From: the human T2T-CHM13v2.0 reference genome, Homo sapiens
Direction: 5' to 3' (one strand)
Length of the DNA: 64,000 nucleotides
Assembly: GCF_009914755.1 (NCBI RefSeq)
Contig: NC_060927.1
The notes beneath the pieces were generated by a model. That model saw only the letters and a list, made by a program, of their open reading frames with translations. It was not told the origin of the DNA and ran no database searches. Below are positions 24,122-37,743 of the stretch, one piece after another (the stretch's first letter is position 1; every line of letters begins with the position of its first letter). The position numbers and the translations under genes are program-made.

Positions 24122-25651
24122 GAAAGGCTTTCAGTTGCTCCCCATTCAGTATGATACTGACTGTGAGTCTGTTGTATATGGCTTTTATTATGTTGTGGTA
24201 TGTTCCTTGTATACCCAATTTCTTGAGGGTTTTTATTATAAAGTGATGTTGAATTTTATCAAATGGTTTTTCAGCATCAATTGAAATGATCATATGGTTT
24301 TTATTCTTCATTCTGTTGATATGATGTATCATGTTGATTGATTTGTGGATGCTGAACCATACCTGCATCCTAGGGATAAATCCCACTTGGTCATAATGAA
24401 TGATCTTTATCATGTATTGTTGAATTCAGTTTGCTAATATTTTGTTGAGGATTTTTGATCAATATTTACCAGAGATATTGTCCTGTAGTTTTCTTTTTTT
24501 TGATGTGTATTTGTTTGGTTTTGGTATCAGAATAATTCTGGTCTTGTCAAATGAGGTTCCTTGTCTATTTCTTGAAATAGTTTGAGTAGGATTGGTATTA
24601 GTTCTTTAAATGTTTGGTAGAATTCAGCAGTGAAGCTATCAGATCCCTGGCTTTTCTTTACTGGATGTCTTTTTATTACAGCTTCAGTATTGTTACTTGT
24701 TATTGGTCTGTTCAGGTTTTGGATTTCTTCCTGGTTCAATCTTGGTAAATTGAATTTGTCCAGGAATTTGTTCATTTCTTCCAGGTTTTCCAATTTATTG
24801 GCATATAATTGCTCATAGTAGGCACTAATGATGCTTTAAATTTCTGCAGTATCAGTTGTAATGTCAGCTATTATTGTATTGGGGCCTATTTCTGCCTTTA
24901 GCTCTAGTAATATTTGCTTTATCTATCTGGGGCTCCACTGTTGAGTGCATATATAATTAAAATTGTTATATCCTTAGGCTGAATTTATTCCTTTATCATT
25001 ATATAGTAACTCACTTTTCTTATAGTTTTTGTCTTGAAATCTATTTTGTCTGATATAAGTATAGTGACTACTGCTCTCTTTTGATTTCCATTGGCATAAA
25101 ATATTATTATTCTTCCCTTTGTTTTCAGTCTATGTGTGTCTTTGTAGGTGAAGTGTGTTTTCTGTGGGCAACAGATCAATGGGTCTTGTTTCTTTATTTA
25201 TTCAGTCACTCCATATTTTGATTGGAGAGTTTAGCCCATTTGTAATACATTTAATATTATTATTGATAAGTAACAACTTACTCCTACCATTTTTCATTTG
25301 TTTTCTGCTTATTTTGTGGTCTTCTCTTTTTTCTTTCTTTCCTTCCTGTCTTCCTCTAATGAAAATGATTTTCTCTGGTGATATGATTTAGTTTCTTGAT
25401 TTTTATTTTTTCTGTATCTGGTGTGTGCTTTTTGGCTTGAGGTTACCACAGGGCTTGAAAATAGTTCATTTATTTCCATCTACAACCCATTATTTTAACC
25501 TAATAACAATACTATTTGCATAAACAAACAAATAAGCAAAAAATAAATAAATAAATAAATACTCACCATAAGTTAGCCCTCCTGCTTCTTAACTCTCTGT
25601 TGTTTCTATTTATGTACTATCTTGTTGACTATGTCTTGAAAAGTTGTAGTT

Positions 25652-25882
25652 ATTTTTTTTTAATTTTTTTTTTTATTTCCATCAGTTATTGGGGAACAGG
25701 TGCTGTTGGTTACACGAGTACATTCTTCAATGGTGATTTGTGATATTTTGGTGCACCCATCACCTGAGCAGTATACCTTGCACACAATTTGTTGTCTTTT
25801 ATCTCTCATCCTCTTCCCACCCTTTCCCCTGAGTCCCCAAAATCCATTGTGTCATTCCTCTGCCTTTGTATCCTCATACCTT
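25652..25882 (-). mobile_element. L1PB-like 3' terminal fragment
   Basis: Poly-T then atttccatcagttattggggaacaggtg...gtgcacccatcacctgagcagtatac. Confidence 0.75.
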
Positions 25883-28800
25883 ATATTTTTTATTGGTTTG
25901 TTGTTTAGTCTTTCTACTTAGCATAAGCATAGTTTACACACCACAGTTACAGTGCTATAATATTCTGTGTTTTTTTTTCTGTGTACTTACTGTTATCAGT
26001 AAGTTTTCTACCTCCAGATGATTATTTACTGCTTTTTAATGTCCTTTTTGTTCTGATTAAAATACTCTCTTTAGCATTTCTTGTAGGATGGGTCTAGTAT
26101 TAATGAAATCCTTCAGCTTGTTTGTTTGAGAAAGTTATTTCTCCTTCATGTTTGAAAAATAATTTCACCAGATATACTAATGTAGGGTAAAACGTTTTTT
26201 CCTTCAGCACTTTCATATGTCATGTGACTATCTTCTGGCCTGTAAGGTTTCCATTGAAAAGTCTGCTGCCAGATGTATTGGAGAGCCATTGTATGTCATT
26301 TGTTTATTTTCTCTTGCTGCTTTTAGGATCCTTTATCCTTTATCTTTGGGTCCTTGATTATCAAATACCTTGAAGCAGTCTTCTTTGGGTTAAATTTGCT
26401 TGAGGTTCTATAACCTTCTTGTACTTGAATATTGATATCTTTCTCTAGGTTTGGGAAGTTCTCAGTTAGTCTCCCTTTGAGTAAACTTTCTACCCCTATC
26501 TCTCTTTTTACCTCTTCTTTAAGGCCAATAACCCTTAGATTTGCCCTTTGGAGGCTGTTTTCTAGATACTGTCAGTGCACTTCACTGTTTTTTGTTCTTT
26601 CTTCTTTTGTCTCCTCTGATTGTGTATTTTCAAATATACTGTTTTCAAGCTCACTAATTCTTTCTTCCGATCAATCCATTCTGCTATTAAAGGGCTCTGA
26701 TGTGTTCTTTAGTATGTTAATTGCATTTTCAGCTCTAGAATTTCTGCTTGATTCTTTTTAATTCTTTCAATCTCTTTGTTAAATTTTTCTGATAGAATTC
26801 TGAACTCCTTCTCTGAGTTATCTTGAATTTCTTTGAGTTTCCTCAGCACAGTTATTTTGCATTCTCTGTCTGAAAAGTTCCATATCGCTGTTTCTCCAGG
26901 ACTGGTGCCTAATCTGTTCATTTGGTGAGGTCTTGTTTCCTGGATAGAGTTGATGCTAGTAGCTGTTCTTCAGTGTCTGTGCATTGAAGAGTTAGGCATT
27001 TATTGTAGTGTTCACTGTCTAGGCTTATTTGTAGATGTCTTACTTCAGAAGGCTTTCCAGTTATTTGAAAGAACTTCAGCATTGTCATCTAAGCTGTATG
27101 TGCTTTAGGAGGCTCCTCAAGCCTAGTAATGCTGCATTTCTTGCAGAATAATAGAGGTACTACCTTGATGGTCTTGAACAAGATCCAGGAGATTTCTTGC
27201 TCTCTTCCCTTATTTTTCCTCAAACAAACAGCCATTCTCTCTCTCTGTTCTGAGCCACCTAAAGCTGGAGTAAACTGATGCAAGCACCCCTGGGGCCACC
27301 AGCACTATGACTGCACTGGGTCAGACTTGAAGACAGCACAGCTCTGGGTCCCATCCGGGTCCTGCTGTAACCACTCCCTGGCTACTGCCTATTTTCACTC
27401 AAGGCCTTGGGGGTCTACAATAAGAAGGTGGCAAAGCGAGCCCAACCTGTGTCCCTCCCTTCAGGAGGCAAGGTCCCCCTAATCTCAGATGGGTCCAGAA
27501 GTGCCATCTGGGAGTCAGCGACTAGAGTCAAAATCCTTGGAAGTCTACATGGTATTCTATTGTTTGCGGCTGAGCTGGCACTCAAACCACAGACACAATT
27601 CTACCCCTTTTCCCTCCCCTTTCCAAAGGCAGAGGAGCCTCCACCTGTTGCCACTGCCACCCCTGGTCACAAGGAGTACTGCAAGACTACCCTGGATGTT
27701 CCCTTAAGGCCCAAGGACTCTTAAATCAGCTTGTGGTAAAGCTGCCTAGCCTGAGACTCACCCTTCAGGCAGTGGGCTCCCCTCAAGCCCAGGGAAAGTC
27801 TAGAAATATTGTTGAAGAGTCAACTGCTAGAATTGAGGACCTAAAGAGCCAGCTTGGTGCTCTACCCAACTGTGGTGATGTTCGTACCTAAGGTGCAAGA
27901 CAAAGCTCCATTTACTTTTCTCTCTGTTTTTCTCAAGCAGAAGAAATTTTGTCCCATAGCCAACACAGCTCATAATGTGCTAAGTCTCACCTGAAGTCAG
28001 CAAGTGTCAGAGGCTCATGAAGTCCCTTGATGTAGTACCTGGGTATCACTACAGGTTATTCAGAGCCCAAGGGCTCTTCAGTAAGCAGTTGATGAATGCT
28101 GCCAAGACTAGGTCTTTTCCTTCTAGGTACTGGGTCTTCTTCTGGCCCGGGGTGTGTCTAGAAATGTCATCTGGAAGACAGGACCTGGAATGGGAGCCTC
28201 TTGACTGTGACCAGTGCCTTATACTGGTGTGGCTCAGCTGGTATCCATGAATGCAAGACACTGTCCTCCCCTCTCTTTCCTCTCCTTTCCTTAAGCTGAA
28301 GGAAGTAGTCTCTTTTAGATCTGTGAGCTGTGCAGCCTGGACAGCTAGGAAAGGGGTGATGCCAGCTCTCCCTTAGCTGTTCCAGCTGGTGTCTCAGTAT
28401 ATTATATGTGCCCCCGCCAGTCCACTGTCTCTGGGCCTGGTTCTCCCCTAGGACTTGCCTACAAGTTGCAGTCCTTATGACCTAGACTGCCTTTCAAATT
28501 AGAGACTAAGAGCACTTTGGCCCTTGATGGTGAGGTTTGCCTACTCTCATTTGGACCACTGGGATCAGTGATTCCCCTCTGGCTAGGGATGGTCTCAGTG
28601 TCCCCTCTGTGGGCAAACTTCAGCTGAGTTTGGTCTAGTTTTCCTTTCTGCTCTAATAGGACAGCACTGAGTTCAATACCTGACAATAGCTCTGTTCTCC
28701 CTCCCACAGGCCCAGTGAGTCCCTCAGCACCATGCTGCTGCTGGTGGGTGGGAGAGATGTGGTGTTACTGATTCAGGACTGTTTTTTCCTATCATTTCAG

Positions 28801-29619
28801 TGTTTTTTTCAGAGCTATGACATTAAAACCAGATATTGTGAGTGCTCATTTGACTTTTGGTTCTAATGAAGGTATTTTTTTCTGAGTAGATGGGTATGAA
28901 CTTGGTGTCCTTGCATGGCAGTGCAGGTGGACAGGGGAGAGAGCAGTAGACCTTCCTATCCTACCATTTTCCAAGAGGAAGTTTTTTTTTTTCTTTAAAG
29001 AGTCCTTTCACTGCCAAGAAAATTTAAATATGAATATAAATATTATAAATAAGTACATTAGATTTTATTTTCTGAATGAATGCTCATTAACATATTGCTC
29101 TATTAATGCACTAAAGAAAAATTCTGAACATGCTACCTCCATTTTCAAAATCCTTCAAAAATCCATCAATGATTTTTCTGTAAGTTGGGGTAAAGAACAA
29201 AGCCCTGAGCTACCCCCAAAGATCCCTCAAAAACCTACTCATGCTGGACTCCCTGAACAAATCTGGTCGTCCCCTGCTTCTCTCTTTGCATACCCACCAC
29301 ATTTGCTATTTATTGTTTCTCCAATGATCAAGGTTCTCTGATAATCCAGGTCCTCCCATGATGAAGGCCTGTTGGATGGCAAATGTCCATGGACATTACT
29401 TTTTTTTGGAAATAAAGGCTCCTGGAAAACTCACACCAGAATTATTAAAATAGAATCTGCATTTAGAGAGGTCTTAGCTATTATAATTTGAGAAGCAAAG
29501 TTCTAGGGCACCTCCCACTGCAGTCCTTGTCTTTGTTTTTCATTGGCTCATCCCTTGGCCTTTAATAAGATTTCCCATCATATTTTATCATAAAATGGGA
29601 GAACTAAGTATGTGTCTAA

Positions 29620-30255
29620 AATTTGAGCTGCAATTTTCATGGGGAAGACAATTGTATTTAGGTTTGGCTTCTGAAGGGAATCAGAAACTTTGGCCTTATT
29701 AATATTATGTTTTGATTACCTCAGACAAGATTATACTAATCAAAGCACTGAGTAATTTTCATATGTAAACTAAAGTTTGTACAAACATGACAGAAGTGTC
29801 ATCTGTGGTGGTTAATAGTGCATAAAATATTATTTCAATTGTTAAAACTAGAATTGTCCACAATGAAATGATGTTTATGTTTCCAGAAGTTTGTAATGTC
29901 CTTTGGGACAATCTGGGCTTCTCACATATGTCCAAATGCAAAATGCACACTAGAACAGCTTCAGTTTGTTCCGTGGGGATTCCTTTGGCACTCTTATGAG
30001 AATTTCAGTTTTCCACTCCATCATCTTCTGGCAAAACTACAGAGTTGTACAACTGAATGACTCTTCTGTTTAATCCAAATTTATATAAACAGCAGTTTCC
30101 TGAGCTTGGGGAAAGAAGCCACCATAAAGAATGGATACGCAATGAATTGCTACCTGTGTTATCTTCATTCCTGCGCAATTATATTTTTTCTGTCTTAGAA
30201 AGCCTAATGGTTTTAAAGGATCTCCTAAATTTCTTTCCAAATATGGGTGAGAAAG
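29620..30255 (+). promoter_or_regulatory. Putative OR5H6 promoter and non-coding first exon
   Basis: O/E-like TCCTTTGGGA (29899) and TCCGTGGGGA (29970); TATATAAA (30082); donor GG|GTGAGA with GT at 30247. Confidence 0.55.
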
Positions 30256-32064
30256 AAAAAATATCTATAATTTTCATTATACTTTGTAGAAATGTTGAAA
30301 ATGCTACTTAACTTACCATAATTTTAGATTGGGTACACAAGCTGTCAAAATAGCCAGGTTGAAATTCGATAGCTATTACTGGCTTATCTCTATATTTTAG
30401 CTTCATGACTATGATATGGATAGGATAAATAGTTATAAGACAACATTGTTTCTTTAATGATATTTTATTTTTTGTTAACCTTATTATGATGTTATATGAC
30501 AATTTGTGATGCTGTAGGACATTAAACTAATGAGACTGGTTTTATCATAATGATTCTAAGAATTTTTTTCAGATTATTCTGATAAAAATACTCATTGTTT
30601 TTAATTATGCACATTCTCGGACTAAAACTCTTAAGGCTAGTCACTTAAAAATTAACTTTTGTATTCATATACACACTTCTGGCCATAATTTGACAGCTCA
30701 CACTGTATGTGTTATTGATATAGATGAAGGATGCATTCAGTGGATTCATGGTATTTCTGTCATGGCTGAATTTACAACTAAAATCCACTTTTGATCCACT
30801 TTTCTTCTTCTATCCATATTCCAAAGGTAGGATCAATGTGTTTCATTGCCGTCCTAGGTCACTGTTTCTTCTCTCTACAGGCAAGAAGAATGGGAAAATG
30901 ACTTTCTAATCCTTTTGGCTTCTAGAGCAATAGCAATAGGTAACCTCAGAAAGCCCCCAAGACTTGGGTGGCAAAAAAGAGGATTAGATCTTGACCATCT
31001 TATAAAAGATTATATCCACTTTGTACATCATTTCTAATGATGCCTTCAAATACTACAATGATTCCAGGTAATTACTTCTATTAAGCTCTAATAGACCCAT
31101 ATTACTGATTGAATCTCACCTAGTTGTTCAGATGTGATGCTCACTCCAAAAACTTGCCAGCAATTTGAGTTCTCATCCTAAATGTTTAATGTCCACCTAT
31201 CTAGTCACCAAGTGACTTCTCTCTCCTTCACTGACCACATACTTCAAACTGAATATGTCACAGAATACTAGAGACTCTACATTTCGAATTCCTTTGAATC
31301 TATTCATTTGTCCTACCACGTCTTCCAGTGTCATTTCAAACTGGGACTAGAGACTTCACATGCATTTCAATCACTTGAGGGTATTTCCAAAATACAGATT
31401 CCTAGACCTCATTCCTGAAATCATCAATTTCTACAATAAAACCTCACAATCTGTATTTTTCATTAAAAAATACTCTCCCAGATGATTCTCATGTGTAATC
31501 TAATTTGGGATCCCTTTGACCTTAGTATCAAGTTTCTAATTAGGACTCCTGAATCACTGTTTCCTTTCTGCAGCATACTTTTACACTACCAAGAACTAAA
31601 TTTTAAAAATATATCATGATGCCATTTTGTATCCTAAAATATTTGGTGCATGTTTATTGTGTGAAGAATAAAATTTGAGATTCTTCACATTGCATTCATT
31701 CCATTTATTTTAACCTGCGTCTTTCAAATATCTTTTTTCCTTCACCCTACATCCATGTCCCAGACAGATTTTTTTCATTACATTCAGTAGAGTCCACAAA
31801 AATTTAGTACATTCAGATAATGCGTCTTTTTAACTCTCAGTCTGTTAACTCCTACACAATTTTCAAACCAAATTCATTATTATTTCCATGTATTTAAATC
31901 CTCAAATATAGGGTTCATCAATTATAGCACTGATCAAAAAAAATTAAGAGGGCTCGATAATTACATAGTTTATTTCAACACCTCTTCCCCAATTTCAACT
32001 CACAATTCCATTGCAAATGTTCCTTTACCTTTGCTTCATTTTTCAGAGGACATGCAGTGAGGAG

Positions 32065-32994
32065 ATGGAAGAGGAAAATGCAACATTGCTGACAGAGTTT
32101 GTTCTCACAGGATTTTTACATCAACCTGACTGTAAAATACCGCTCTTCCTGGCATTCTTGGTAATATATCTCATCACCATCATGGGGAATCTTGGTCTAA
32201 TTGTTCTCATCTGGAAAGACCCTCACCTTCATATCCCAATGTACTTATTCCTTGGGAGTTTAGCCTTTGTGGATGCTTCGTTATCATCCACAGTGACTCC
32301 GAAGATGCTGATCAACTTCTTAGCTAAGAGTAAGATGATATCTCTCTCTGAATGCATGGTACAATTTTTTTCCCTTGTAACCACTGTAACCACAGAATGT
32401 TTTCTCTTGGCAACAATGGCATATGATCGCTATGTAGCCATTTGCAAAGCTTTACTTTATCCAGTCATTATGACCAATGAACTATGCATTCAGCTATTAG
32501 TCTTGTCATTTATAGGTGGCCTTCTTCATGCTTTAATCCATGAAGCTTTTTCATTCAGATTAACCTTCTGTAATTCCAACATAATACAACACTTTTACTG
32601 TGACATTATCCCATTGTTAAAGATTTCCTGTACTGATTCCTCTATTAACTTTCTAATGGTTTTTATTTTCGCAGGTTCTGTTCAAGTTTTTACCATTGGA
32701 ACTATTCTTATATCTTATACAATTATCCTCTTTACAATCTTAGAAAAGAAGTCTATCAAAGGGATACGAAAAGCTGTCTCCACCTGTGGGGCTCATCTCT
32801 TATCTGTATCTTTATACTATGGCCCCCTCACCTTCAAATATCTGGGCTCTGCATCTCCGCAAGCAGATGACCAAGATATGATGGAGTCTCTATTTTACAC
32901 TGTCATAGTTCCTTTATTAAATCCCATGATCTACAGCCTGAGAAACAAGCAAGTAATAGCTTCATTCACAAAAATGTTCAAAAGCAATGTTTAG
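32065..32994 (+). CDS. OR5H6: Olfactory receptor 5H6, 309 aa (in-frame upstream ATG at 32017 would give 325 aa)
   Basis: Intact 7TM ORF with N-glycosylation site [43 protein letters not shown]; protein recognised from memory. Confidence 0.93.
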   Translation: MEEENATLLTEFVLTGFLHQPDCKIPLFLAFLVIYLITIMGNLGLIVLIWKDPHLHIPMYLFLGSLAFVDASLSSTVTPKMLINFLAKSKMISLSECMVQFFSLVTTVTTECFLLATMAYDRYVAICKALLYPVIMTNELCIQLLVLSFIGGLLHALIHEAFSFRLTFCNSNIIQHFYCDIIPLLKISCTDSSINFLMVFIFAGSVQVFTIGTILISYTIILFTILEKKSIKGIRKAVSTCGAHLLSVSLYYGPLTFKYLGSASPQADDQDMMESLFYTVIVPLLNPMIYSLRNKQVIASFTKMFKSNV

Positions 32995-35093
32995 ATCTCA
33001 TACAATCTCTCTTCTCTATTTACTAAAATTGTCCCAAGATTGTGCAAGTTAGAGGTGTCTATGTCTTGCCAGCATTCAAAGATGATGCAAAGTCCTAGCA
33101 CTTTAATGGCCTAAGGTTTTAGTACCTATTAAACTAATAAATATATCCCTAATGTTATTCAATAGCACTTAAGAAATTTTAATCATGTTCATATCATAAT
33201 TGAATAATATTAGCAGAAAGAAAATAAAAATATTTTACAAAGTCGTATGTTATTCAATGTGGCTTTATAAATGCATTAAATGCTAAAATAGTCTAGGTCA
33301 TCTAATAAGGACTTGAGTATAAGTGCAGTAAAAATAGCGACTGACCATCTCTTTTTAATTTGGCCATGTTAGGACCTTTAATAAATAATCTCATATTAGA
33401 CTTTAATCTTTAATTAGACATCATAGCCTCTCCAGGCTAACTCCCCAGGCTGTGATGTCACAGTAAGAACATACCATTTGTCTTGACCTGCAATAATTGG
33501 TTAAATATAGTCACAAATTGAAAGAATACCAAAATGACAAAGATTTCAAAGGCAAATAGAAAAAAATTATGTTATTGTGAAAAAAAACAAAAAAGTTATC
33601 TGTTTTAATATTGAGAAAACTCAGTTTTCTTAAGTAATCAGATACTGGCTAAAGATAATATGGATCACAGAACATCATCTTGATAAAACATAAAATCTTT
33701 TTGTTTCACAGGCCAAGTACTTAAAGGGCCAAGAGAAAACTTAACCAGTGTCTAGTAAGAGCAGACCAACACGTTGTTCAAACTTTGTGATTTTAATTGA
33801 AAAGACCAAATTATATTTTTGATTAGTTTAGTTTTAATATTAAGACTCATTTTAAAAACTCATAATAACTTGAATTCTGGCAACTTAACTGCAAAAGATT
33901 CTCTTTCTCTTCCAACTTTCTGCATTCATTTGGTTTTTGTCTTTCATCATCTATTCTGAAACAGCTTTTAGCTATCATCCAAACTAGACAATATTACTCC
34001 ACTTAAAAAAAAAAAAAAAAAAAAAAACCCACATATCCTCATACCTGGTGGCTTTTCTTATAAAAAAACATTTCTTACTTTACTTGCTTACTTTGCATAC
34101 AGGGTTGTTTCTCATGTTCTTTAGCAGTTTTAATTACCGTACATTAACTAGAATTCTCAATTCTCAGTAACTTTATTTTCTAGGATTTTGTATCCTGAAA
34201 ATCTACTGAATATTTTTTATCAGTTCTCATGCTTTCTTAAGGGAAGTATTTAGGTTTTTTGAATAGAAGATCATATCAACTGAAAACAAGGATAATTTGA
34301 TTTCTTTCTTTTCAATTTGGATACCCTTTCTTTCTTTCATCTGCTGTAGCTAGGACTTCCAGTACTATTACATAACAGTGGCAAAAGCGGGCATCCTTGT
34401 CATTTTCAAGATCTGAGAGAAAAACTTTTAATTATTCCCCATTCAGTATGACACTATCTGTGGGTCTGTTGTATATGGTTTTCACTATATTGAGGTATGT
34501 TCCTTCTATACCCAGTTTCATGAGGTTTTTATCATAAAGGGATGTTTTATTTTATTAAATATTTTTTCAGCATCAATTGAAATAATCATACTGTTTTTGT
34601 CCTCATTCTCTTGATATGATGTATCACATCGATTGATTTGTGTATGTTGAACCACCTTTGCATCCCTGGGACAAATCCCACTTGGTCATGATGAATGAAC
34701 TTTATCACATATTTTTCAATTTGGTTTGCTTATATTTTGTTGAGAATGTTTGCATCAATAGTCATCAGAGATATTCTCCTGTTAATTTTTTTTTTTTGAT
34801 ATCTGGTTTTGGTATGAAGGTAATACCGGCCTTGTCAATGAGTTTGGAAGTATTCCTTCCTCCTTTATTTTTTGAAATAGTTTGAGCAGGATTGGTATTA
34901 GTTCTCTTTGGTAGAATTTGGCAGTGAAGCCATCCGGTCCCAGGCTTTTCTTTACTGGAAGACTTTGTATTATGGCTTCAATATTGTTACTTGTTATAGG
35001 TCTGTTCAGGTTTTGAATTTCTTCCTGGTTCAGTTTTGGTGAGTTGTATGTATCTAGGAATTTGTTCATTTCTTCCAGGTTTTCTGATTTATT

Positions 35094-35096
<3 letters not shown>

Positions 35097-35144
<48 letters not shown>
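35097..35144. repeat. (TA)n microsatellite, about 24 units
   Basis: Pure tatata run. Confidence 0.97.
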
Positions 35145-35148
<4 letters not shown>

Positions 35149-37446
35149 GCTCATAGTAGGCACTAATAATCCTTTGAAATTCTGCAGTATCAATTGCAAT
35201 GTCTCCTTTTCCATTTCTGACTTTATTTATTTGAATCTTCTCTCTTTTTTCCTCAGTTTGGCTAAAGATTTGTAAATTTTGTTTATTTTTTTAAAAAACC
35301 AACTTTTTGTTTCATTAGTCTTTTGTATTTTTTGCATTTCAATTTCATTCATTTCTGCTCTAATCTTTATCATTTCTTTTCTTCTACTAATTTTGGGTTT
35401 AGTTTGCTCTTGCTTGTCCAGTTCTTTAAGATGCATCATTAAATTGTTTATTTGAAGTTTTTTCTCTTATTTGATGTAGGCAATCATAGCGATAACCTTC
35501 CTTCTTAGTACTGCATTTGGTATATCAGACAGGTTTTGGTATGTTGTGTTTCCATTATCATTTGTTTCAAGAAATTTTGTGATTTCCTTTTTAATTTCTG
35601 CATTGACTCACTGGTCACTCAGGAGCATATTGTTTATTTTCCATGTGATTGTATAGTTTCCAAAATTCCTCCTGATATTTAAGTTCTAGTTTTACTCCAT
35701 AGTGTTCAGAATAGATACTTGATAATATTTCAATTTTTTGAATATTTTAAAACATGTTTGTAACCTAACATATGGTCTATCCTTGACAATAATGTATGTG
35801 GTGAGGAAAGAATGTATATTGTGTAGCTGTTAGGTGAAATGTTCTGTAAATATCTGTTATATCCATTTGGTCTATAGTGCAGATTAACCTCAATGTTTCT
35901 TTGTTGATGTTCTGTCTGGAAGATATGTCCAATGCTGAAAGTGGGGTATCATAATCTCCAGCTATTATTGTATTGGGGCCTAGCTCTTTCTTTAATATTT
36001 TTTGCTTTGTATATGTGGGTCTCCTCTGTTGGGTGCATATATATTTAAAATTGTTATATCTTCTTGTTGAATTGACCCCTTTATCACTATATAGTAACCT
36101 TCTTCATCTCTTCATATAGTGTTGTCTTAAAATCTATTTTGTCTGATATAAGTACAGACACTCCTGCTCTTTTTTGTTTTTTTAAGGGGGGATGAAATAT
36201 CTTTGTTCATCTATTTGTTTTTAGTCCATGTGTGTCTTTATAGGTAAGATGTGTATTTTGTAGGCAACAGATCAACGTGTCTTGTTTCTTTATCCATTCA
36301 GCCACTTCATGTCTTTTGATTGGAGAGTTCAGTTCATTTACATTCAATGTTATTATTGATAAGTAAGGACCTACTTCAGCCATCTTATTTGTTTTTTGGT
36401 TGTTTTCTTGTCTTCTCTTCCTTTTTGTCTTCCTTTACTGTAGGTGATTTTCTCTGGTGATATGATTTATATTCTTGCCTCTTATTTTTGATGTATCCAT
36501 TATGTTTTTGGTTTGAGGTTAACATAAGTCTTGCAACTACTAGCTTATAACCCATTATTTTAAGCTGATAATAGCATAATACTTCATATAAGCAAACATA
36601 CAAACAATCAGAAGAAAGCTAGTAAGAACTCTATGCCTTAACTTCATCTCTCTGCCTTTTAACATTTTGTTGTTTCTGTTTATATCTTATTGTACTATGT
36701 CTTGAAATGTTGATGTAGTTATTATTTTTGATTGGTTCATTGTTAAGTCTTTCTGTTTATGATTAGAATTGTTTAAACACCATAATTACAGTTTTATCCT
36801 ATTCTGTGTTTTTCTGTGTACTTACTATTACCGGTAAGTTTTGTACCTTCAGGTGATTATTTATTGCTCATTAATGTTCTTTTCTTTCTGATTGAAGTAC
36901 TCTCTTTAGCATTTCTTGTAGGATGGGCCTGGTATTGATGAAATATTTTGTTTGTCTGGGAAAGTCTTTATTTCTCCTTAACTCTTGAAGGATATTTTCA
37001 CCAGATAAACTATTCTAGGGTAAAAGTTATTTTTCCTTCAGTACTTTCAATGTGTCATGCCACTCTCTCCTGGTTGTAAGATTCCCACTGAAAAGTTTGC
37101 TGCCAGATGTATTGGAGCTCCATTGTATGTTATTTGTTTCTTTTCTCTTGCTGCTTTTAGGATCCTTTCTTTATTCTTGATTTTTGAGTGACTATTAAAT
37201 ACCTTGAAGCAGTCATCTTTGGGTTAAATCTGCTTGTTGTTCTATAACCTTCTTATACTTGAATATTGATATCTTTCTCTAGGTTTGGGAAGTTTTCTAT
37301 TATTATCTCTCTGAGTAAACTTTCTAGTGCTATCTCTTTCTCTACCTCCTCTTTTAGGCCAATGACAGATTTGCCCTTTTGAAGATGTTTTCTAGATCCT
37401 GTCAGTATGTTTCATTGTTTTTATCTTTTGTCTCCTCTGGCTGTGT

Positions 37447-37743
<297 letters not shown>

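Larger units (their letters stand above)
19285..28965 (-). mobile_element. Near full-length old L1 (L1MA3/L1M1-like) carrying nested insertions
   Basis: Reverse 3' UTR at 19285-19830; ORF2 peptides on minus strand ([33 protein letters not shown]-domain ICCPQKTH); ORF1-like at 26709-26921; GC-richer 5' UTR about 27200-28965. Confidence 0.85.
29500..34182 (+). repeat. Duplicated OR unit, copy 2 (paralog of 3405-10970 with two internal deletions)
   Basis: Matches 3405-7338, then 9630-9771, then 10297-10970. Confidence 0.9.
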
